From Bigelowiella natans CCMP2755 (lineage: Eukaryota; Protista; Cercozoa), in contig ADNK01000490.1 of the NCBI GenBank assembly GCA_000320545.1, forward strand, positions 1 through 64,000: DNA of 64,000 nt, written 5' to 3'. Under the pieces are notes generated by a model. It saw only the letters and a list, made by a program, of their open reading frames with translations. It did not search any database and had not been told where the DNA came from. Positions 55,151 through 64,000 of this stretch are shown in pieces (within the stretch, counting starts at the first letter, position 1; each line of letters starts with the position of its first letter). Made by a program: the position numbers and the translations under genes.

Positions 55151-58100
55151 TGATTGCTCAAGGTTTTCAGCATATTTATTTTCACGCGAGTGATTCTGAC
55201 TAACGAGCGTGCAGGAATGGTAGCTCTACATCGTTTCTCTTTCTTGCACTTTTCATTTTTAGTCGAGCATTGCTACTAATGTTCTGGTCCTCTGCTTACC
55301 AGTAATAACGTCTATGCTTGGACTGGTGGCCTCTTCCTGGCTGAGCCTATAGGCCTGTATAGTGCCTTAGGGCGGTGCACACAAATGTCAGTATGCATTT
55401 CTGAGTACACACAATGATCTATGTACATATGCATATATGTGCCACGCGCGCGGCGTAGAGAAAAAATGGCTCTTTAAGCAACAAAAGGTAAATGAGACGT
55501 TCTGAGGGGCCATTATCATCATCATCATCAATCATTAGCATCATCTATTGAGACGAAGTCTTCTTACTCTTCTGACTGTCGGGAAGGTTGAGATTCTTCT
55601 GTGCAGCCACCTGTACGTTTTAGAAAAGGGGGTTATTGTTTACACGAAAGGTTGAGTCCCAAGTGAAGACACAGACTCTTGAGACGACTGAGCGCGCCGC
55701 ACGCCTGTTGCCTCCTTAGAGACGGGAAGCTCATTTATCTTTTCTACTTGGCAGCGAATACACCTTAATCACTTCCATGAGGCTGCGAAGGGTCTCGATG
55801 TCGTCGTAGCGCAGTACAAAGACTGCGCGCGAGAAGGGATGCCTGTGGGTTAGAAGGCTCTTGGGCAGGGGGTGTGCTATGCGAACGGAAAGCGAGAGCT
55901 CTGACTGCAGAATCATGCCAGTATCGTCGACTATGTGGAACGGGTTTATCTGCGCATGGGATGAACAATCTCGTCAGTCTATACACAGAATTATCATCAT
56001 CGTTGCGAAAATACATGTAAACAGCCTCGATATCAATTTGTGTGTGTGTGTGTGTGTTGTGTGTGTGTGTGCTATGTAATAAGTACACCAAAAAATATTT
56101 TATCATCGTTAACACCATCATCATCAGCATAGCGCCATTATTAGACGTGATAGATATCACCAAAGTCTTACTGCCCCCTTGCTTTCTACTCCCTCCTTCG
56201 AGTAAAGTGCCAGGTGCCCTGAGGTCGCGTTCCTTCTCAAAGACAGCCGGGTACTCCTGGGGATTTAGATAGCGAAAAAAAAGACAACGACAACGAACAG
56301 AATCCAAGGATGAGTGTATTAATGCTAGCCATATCCTGCAAATCCTCCCAGCCCCCTCTCTTTTTTCTGTGAGAGGTTATGGGGTATTCTGTGTGGGTAT
56401 GTGTGAGAAGTGAAACCGGTAAGAGCTCCGCGGATAGTTCCATAATGTCACATCCTATTATTTCAAGTATACAGTTTATTTCTCATGGATTATTATTATA
56501 AGTCTGATGTGCTGTAGTTTCGAGCCTCTCCACTACATCTTCGAATAGTTTCCTGTACCAATCCGCTTTGTCAGAGATTGTTCTTATTATTTTTTTATAT
56601 TACCCTTGATGATGTCGTGCAGGCTGATCTTAGCAAAACCAAAGATTTTCTTTGATTTCGTCAACAGCGGTCCGTCCCAATCCAACGTCTCGAGCTTCAT
56701 GGAAACAAACGAATCATGCAATCGACAGACTTAGACACTAGGTGCACACATTAACGGCGCTACGTGCTGTCCATGAAAGCAAAACTATCATATCCTTATT
56801 TCTCAAGAGAAAACGGAAGGCGAGAAAGATAGAGAGAAAGTGAAGGGGAGAGGAATCAAAAGGAATGAGAAAGCCTCTTGCTGTCGAAAATCCCTTTATA
56901 GGCACCCCAAAGCACAGATATACCTTTACTTCAGGTTGAATTTCCTCCTGGTCTCCATCGTCGTCCTTTTTTTCCTCTTCCTTCCCTTTGTCCTTATTCT
57001 CCTCAGCAGTGATGTCTTCTTCCGCTATCACATTGTCGTACAATGAAGCATTAACACTCCGCGGAGGCTCAGTGAAAGGATAGGTCGCTCTTGCTTGTGC
57101 ATTCATGTGACAGCAGAATAGAGTAATTTGGTTCCTACCTTTCTTCTCCTCCATTGTGTCAGGGTCGGGGTCTGGGTGAACTTCTATCAGAAGAGGATGC
57201 TCCTGAGATATAAAGCGGGGAGAAGCAGGGGTCAACTCCCATTGAGAATAAACAACTGTGCGAAGAGATATGGATCGGAACGCAAATCCGAACGTACATA
57301 AGGACACACGAGCCACACGTTGGGTCTGCAAATCGTTCTTCAGGTATAAGTGTGCGTGTTTCCACTTGATAAGTAAATGCAGATGTATTAGTTATATTAA
57401 TTATACACGTACGAAAACAGAGAGTGTAATTAGCACCTCAATACGAGAAAGAAATTCCGAGATGTTCACTCCTAATCTGTATTCATCACCACCAAACTCG
57501 TGTCATGATGCATGTTAACTTCGTCAACCAACGTGCAATACACCGCAAATGCACAGTCACCCCTCCACCCTTTTCCCTCCTTACTCAGACAGTAGGTGCT
57601 CTCATAATCATAATCATAATCGTGGAAATGGGTTGAAAGCTTTTAAAATATCTCCTCGACTGATAGGTTCTCCTCACTTTTTGAGCAGGAACACCTTCCG
57701 AATACCAAGCTCGGTCACCGGCGAGAAGGCAATAAGGCTGCCATTGTTGCTTTCATCGACGTCGCCTTCTCCTCCATCCAGCATCTTATGTTTCTGTTTC
57801 CTGCTTTTCAGAGATGACTTGACATCTCCCAAACCGAAGAAGCTGTACCGGCACTGCAACACATCTACCGATGAGGGAATGTCGGCCACATCCTTAATAG
57901 TCAATTCCAAGGGAAGAAGTGTCTGTGTTTGTGTGAACCACATATATTAGTCTTAATTCGAAGATAAAATATGTGCTGCGCCATGGGATGAGAGAGTGGG
58001 AAGCAATTTATTGTACCTCTGCTAACTCTGGACTCAGGACGGATCTATCCACCGTCAAGGAGACGGAAATTTCTGCATATATGACATACAAACAGAGTCG

Positions 58101-59335
58101 TATTTGTGTCGATGGAGTGTATGTGTGTCCCCGCACTAATTGATGACGTGCGTAGCATGTTCGCAGCAGATTTGAGTATAGGAAGTTTAGGGATGGGAGA
58201 CAAGAAGCTCTCCGTACTACGACCTGCCAATTTTCCACAAAGCTCTATATCTCCCTATGGTGAGACGAACACATGGACAAATAAGCAGAGTGCAAATGTT
58301 TTTCATTTATGTGCCACAGAATCCCTTTTTAGTGATATGCATTTATAGTTTACTTAAATCGTTGTTTTCTCTTCTCACCATAGTTTTCCCTTCGATCTCC
58401 ATCCGATTGAATATAAACGAGCTCATGTTGATATTTAGCACACACTTGGTCTCCATATCGTTCTCCCCTTCTGAGGATTTCGGATACTACAACATAGCAA
58501 AGAAGCACTTTTCAAAAAATGGAGACGTCACTCAGTACTCGTCAAGGGATGATAATCGTGTTGTTCTTTGCTCGTGGAGTCTGAACAATCTTTTCCAGCA
58601 ATTTGCACAACCATTCTGGTAGCCGAAAACAAAGAGAAAGAGAAGAAGGCAACAGTTTGCACCTTAATGACGACTTTCATCACGGGGCTGCTTGCGAGCT
58701 TGACGATCAAGTCCTCTCCTCCCTGTCGTTCATACGTCTTCGACCAAGGTGTTATTTCCTGTAGGTGCAGTGCAAACCATTCAAATTCCATAAGAAATTC
58801 TACATGTTTGGTTGATCGAACAAAAATGAACCGTAGCTTCCTTATTGAGAAGTGATTTCAACGCGATCTGCAGCATATGATTGTATTGGTAGGTCAGAGA
58901 TAAGTCGGAGGAAATCAAAATATGGGTTTATCCAACCGTCTCCTCATCTTCATCAGGGAATGAAATCTGATCCACAAAACAAAATGTTGGGAATGTCAGA
59001 AGACACAGGTAGGAGATTAAAGCTCGAAACAGCATTTGAATAAAACTGACTGTTATTTCATGTTCCAAGCCAGTGGTTTTGTCTCCTTCTTTCGCCTTCC
59101 CTTCTTCACCATCCCCTGAAAATTATAATCATTATTTTTAATGGAATAATCCCGAAGTCGTCAGAGCGATATTGCGAACCGTTCTCTGCAATCTTCTCCT
59201 GTGATCGCAAGGTTGCTGAGAGCTTTGCAGCGAATGTGAACACCTTTCGAATCGAAATTTAGACCCTAATTTCATGTCACTCTTTCGAAATAAACATTCT
59301 CTTAGCTGTACCTTTTCCTCTTCCCCGTCTGCCAT
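47979..59335 (-). CDS. CFAP92: Large multi-exon CFAP92 (KIAA1257/DUF4550)-like ciliary protein
   Basis: Exons LLPLELTIKDVADIP, PLLIEVH, GFAKISLHDII, LSVRIAHPL...PFSRAVFVLRYDD, SGFQLVDDNFRYIILEG, LLHNPEVTFEHRLYADF, FPRIEELRALEKKFG and VYMYSGQR|LNY follow the recalled CFAP92 motif order. Last exon ends KRGPRWGGK*. Confidence 0.62.
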
Positions 59336-60319
59336 CTAAACAAACAGAATAAACGAACAGGTACGTGAAACACTTCTTAGTTTCGGTTCGTTCCAAAGAG
59401 AAAGAGGTCCTGGCTGGGATCCAGCAGCTTCCCAGAAGGAGAGGAGGGAAACAACAAAACACGAGAGGGAAAGAGGAGAAACAGAAGCAAGGAACAGGAC
59501 ACCTTTTCGCTTTTCCCCGGTGGTTGTTTCCCGAAAGCAGAGGCTCGGGTGGGGCGTACGTTTTCGACCCTAGAGTGTCGTTACGAGGGGTGAGCGATCA
59601 AAACGTCGCAAGATTGGAGTGGCCCTGATTTTGTCTTTAAGTCTAAGTTTAATTCATGTCGCTAACAATGTAATATCAATTAAACTCTTCCTGGAGCACA
59701 TTCTTCATGTACGACAACATATATTCATTGTCGCAGACCCAAAATAACTCATGCGATCTCGTGAATGGGATCTCGGGTCACTGACGGGATGTATCTACGT
59801 ATATGTATTGGAGCACTTCCTTGGAAACTTTAACTGGCTGTGTCAAAAAAAAGAGGCAGATCTCACAGGTAGTTTGCCGATGCAACAAGTCCTACGAAAT
59901 ATCCGTCGAGCTTTAAGAATCGAAATAGCCCCACAGATAGTTTTGACGCATCTCCTGATATTTCTTCATCATAATCTTATCCTATTCTTCGTACGCTTTA
60001 AAGAAGGCGCACGATATGCTGGGATCAGGTAATTGTCAAGTCGCAGCGTGAAAATACTTTTGAATTCTGGAAAGAAAATATCCTTTAATTATCTCAGAGA
60101 GACGAACGAGAAAAGAACCAAAGCCTCTTCGTGCAAGGCACCTACTGTGTTACCACGACGACGGCGACAAAAAGAGGAGAGGGAGGAGCGGGACCGCCAC
60201 GCGGAACCAACACCCACGCTCCCTTGAGGTTTCGAAGGTTAAGACCCATTCCGTTCATTTTGTTACATGCCTTAACCTTGACTTGCTAATCGCCTCGCTC
60301 TCAGTTCCGGGGCAAGAAG

Positions 60320-61359
60320 ATGTATGGTGGTCGATACGATTACCGCGACAAGCTTCGTCCCTCCCATCCATCGTCTACCTCCTCTCAGTCGCCCCATCCA
60401 CCAATTCAACGTAAAATTTTAATACATGAGTATTATTACAATATGATAGTGTGTGCTGTACCTTTATTTCAGGTGATCCAAGGCTTCCGCCTGGTCGCCA
60501 CCAAAATGTAGCGACCTACGCACGTGCCCCTCACCCTCGAGGCCCTACTATCCCTTTCCCTTCACCCCCCTACCCCCACCACCTTCCTCCTCCTCCTCAT
60601 CCTCCTCCTCAGCAACAACAAGCAGTCTCCAATGTGCATGTTGGAGGGCTGCCACCGCATTCATCGCGCAGGAGCGGAGGATACAGTATGCGGTATCCAC
60701 CATCGCATCACCAACAGCAGCATCTTCGAGACCCAAGATCTCGTCCGTTCATTCCTAATCCAAGTAACAGACAACAAGGAATCGATTTGGCACCATCGCC
60801 GTCAGGCCCTGATTCCAAGAAGGTTTATTCAGCACCTTCGCCCCACCGTTCGAATTATCACCCCCACCCGTTCCCGCGGCCAGGAGGAAGAGGAGGAGGA
60901 AGAGGAAGAGGATCCCGTGAAGGAACAGTCTTCAATTTGAGTAACGGCATGATAGTTCGGCACTCACAAAGGGAACGAGATCAAGCTCCAGCAGCACCAC
61001 CACCAGCAGCACCACCACAGATGGATGCCAAACGGCAAGCGTCATCAACATCTTCCTCACGCCACCGCCGCAGCAATGACAAAAGGGAAGGCAGCGGTCA
61101 CTCCAACGATGATAGATATACTTATCGCGCACGGACGCATGCATCGCACCAAGTAGCAGGGAGGACCAGAAATAGCTGGAGCAGAGGGACCCGTCGTGAT
61201 GAGCACGATGGCAGAAACAACTTAAATCATGGGAGAAACAGTAGGGGCAGGAGCGCTAGTCCTGAACGAAGAGGAGGCAAAACGGGAAGAAGAGCGCCGT
61301 TCACCATCACCACCACCAATAGTCACACTACAACTAATCATTCAAATACAATTCCCACC

Positions 61360-61392
<33 letters not shown>

Positions 61393-64000
61393 ACAACTAC
61401 TGCCATCGAATCACGAGGGGTAGGCAATGAAACATTAGGAACACAAACGACAGCAGCAAGAGCCAGATCATCGATAATGACTGCTAAGTTCACTTCTAGT
61501 AGCAGTAGTAATAGGAGTAGGAGCAGGAGTACACTTTCTCCAAAAGCAATAGCAGCAGCAGCGGTAGCAAAAGCAGTCGCGCGTAAAATTTCTGCATCGG
61601 TGAAAAATACGAGTCAACATCCTCCAGTCCCTCCTTCCTCGGCTTTGTCGTCCTCTATTATGCCAGGAAAAGGCCTTAATAGTAGTAGTAGTAGCAGCAG
61701 CAATAACAACATTAAAAATGGTAGCGGTAGCAGAAGGGTCATAGGGGAGGAGAGGGAGAGCAGAACGCCCTCTGCAATATGCCCTCTTCGTCCAGCAAAT
61801 GCCTCCTCCTCCTCATTAAACTCCAACCAAGATAAAAAACTTACGTCTCCACCTCCTTCCCATATACCTTTCAGCATAGGCGCCAAAGTCCTTGTGGTAG
61901 GACTCAAAGCCGCCCCGCAATTTAACGGCCAAAACGCGACTATATGTGGCCCATTCATTGAAGACGAGGGCCGATATCAAGTACAGTTTCTTCCTGCCGA
62001 CACTAGGATATACAAACTTAAGCCCCAGAACATCGTACCCATTGCGAGAGGAGGAGGAGGAGGAGGAGGAGGAGGAGGAGGTCACAATCAGAATCATCTG
62101 TTATCACTGCAGCAGCAGGGACTTGGAAGAGCTGTGGCAGCAACATCAGTGAGTAAGATCGACGATGCGAAAAAATCCTCTCCACACACTAATATTCATA
62201 CTAATATTCCTCCTCCTCTTAATACTACCACAACAAAAACTTCTACTTCCACCACCCCTACTACTACTGCTACAACTACCGCTACCACTACTAAGACTGC
62301 TCCCCCAAACAAAGTCACCTCTTCTACGAATGAGAATGAGAAACGTCTCTCATCCCCGCCCTCAACATCAAACAACGAACGCCGTTATAGCCGCAGCGAT
62401 CGAACATCATCCTCAAGGTTGCATGCACGTTCCTCCTCCACCTCGTCCTCTGACTCGGAGTCCTCTCGAAGTAGTAGAGGCAGCAGCAGGAGGAGGAGGA
62501 GGAAAGGGGGGAGGGAAGGGAGCGAGGGGAGGAGTACCGAATGGCGCCGAGGTGATGATCGAAGAAGAGAGAAGGCGGCATTGCCCTCTTCCTCTTCCTC
62601 CTCCTCTTTACAAACGTCAACAGCACAACGAGAGAGAGGAGAGAGGAAGCAGCCTAAGCAGCAAAAACGACCGCCTCCCTCTCCTTTGAATAATGGGCCG
62701 CGCGAGAATGGAGGAGGAGGTGAGCGTGATGAAAACGAAGCTCCTACTACCGAAGAGAGGCAGCGCCTAAGGAATTGTCTTCTTCAGTGTTCTCAGACTG
62801 GCAATGGGAAGAAAGCGCTTGCTGCTATCCGTAAATCGGTGGCCGATAGAAGAACCATTATAAAGGATGTTTCTCTGTACGATTTTGCACTGATTGCGCT
62901 GGCGAAGAGTGGCGATGCCGACGGCGCCATAGAGGTCTTTCAACAGATGAAAATTGCAGGTGTTTCTCCCGGGGCTCAAAGCCACAACTATTACCTCAAC
63001 GCGCTGGATAAGGGGGGACGCAGTGCGGCGGCCATTGCACATTTTGAAGCTTTGCTGGAAAACCCTGCGAATAAGATCGATATCGACTCCGCTACTATTA
63101 ACATAGTGACAGGCATTTGTAGGCGACTGGGTGGTCGTCAATGGCAGGTGAGCCTCAAGGCCCTTCATGCGCTCGAAGTCAAGCATAAAGTCGGTCCCAA
63201 TTCCGACAGAGCTTACAACCACACCCTAGCTGCACTCAAAGAAGCAGGCGAAATACGCCCTCTCCTCATTCTCTTCGAGCGGATGAACCGGTTGAAGGCA
63301 CTACGGAAGACGAATGCAACGTACAACATCGTCGTGGAGGCTTGCAGCGAGGCTGCCGATTACTGGAAGCACGCAATGCTCACAGTGGAGAAGATGAAAT
63401 GCGACAGATTTGTTCCTGGTGCCTCGACATACGTTCACCTCATCTCCGCTCTATTTAAGGGAGATAAATTTGATCGAGGCCGTTGGTATCTGAGCCAAAT
63501 GGAGTCCCTTGGACTTTCCTCCGACAATAATGCCTTCAGCAAATTAGTGAGGGCTTGCGGAAAGCGCTCTGACGTCGCTATAAAGCTTTATCGGGAGCGA
63601 AAAGACGCGGGGGGGGGGAGGGGGAACGACATGCCGGTGTTCGAAGCTTTGTTGTGTTGCTGCTATGAGTCAGGCGACTGGCAGAAGGCTAAGGAGCTCT
63701 ACCGGGAGATGACCAGCACGCGCAACAACTTGCTTCCCACCACCGACGCATTCGAAAGCCTGTTCTCCGTGCTTGTCGCCTCCTCGCGGTTCCGCGATGC
63801 CATTACCATCTTCCAAGATGTCGAGTTGGAGTCCAAAAAGCGTACGCGACTCAGCCTTCGGGTGTATAACCTCATATTCCGCTGCTACATTGCGGCGGGA
63901 TGGCAAGCTGTGAAGGGGGAGACTGCCGTGAGAATATTCTTTCGCATGGCGAAGGAGAAGCACGTGAGGCCAGATTTTGGCACCTACGACGCTGTCCTGC
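60320..64000 (+). CDS. Pentatricopeptide-repeat protein with long low-complexity N-terminus and SH3/KOW-like module; runs off window
   Basis: Exon 1 60320-60410, then one frame from 60473 to the end of the window. PPR helices from ~62770: LYDFALIALAKSGDADGAIEVFQQMKIAGVSP, TYNIVVEACSEA, TYVHLISALFKG, VYNLIFRCY, VRPDFGTYDAVL. Confidence 0.88.

Noticed and set aside
62165-63963. Several ORFs overlapping the PPR gene
   Set aside because: Alternative-frame or antisense shadows of the long PPR exon.

Overview
Intron-rich eukaryotic nuclear DNA with GT-AG introns full of microsatellites. The style and a signal+transit-like leader suggest a secondary-plastid protist such as a chlorarachniophyte (inference only). 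Most track ORFs are microsatellite or intron artefacts. Splicing by hand gives 12 genes in strictly alternating orientation: unknown coiled-coil protein (-), bacterial-type xylulokinase (+), SPX-RING E3 ligase (-), DYRK1 kinase (+), UDP-sugar pyrophosphorylase with an N-myristoylation motif and an EF-hand pair (-), SLY1 (+), bacterial-like tandem SnoaL protein with a frameshift (-), sulfotransferase (+), GRK-type kinase ending in a CaaX box (-), PH/coiled-coil/AIDA-C2 protein (+), CFAP92-like ciliary protein (-) and a PPR protein (+, truncated). All five tail-to-tail spacers share a palindrome-rich composition (GCTAGC/GCATGC/TAGCTA), and one carries a MITE. The strongest leads are the myristoyl-EF-hand-USP fusion, the CaaX-bearing GRK head-to-head with a PH-C2 gene, the alternating gene layout with its spacers, and the horizontally acquired SnoaL gene. 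Exon joins and family assignments were made by eye from recalled motifs; no searches were run.
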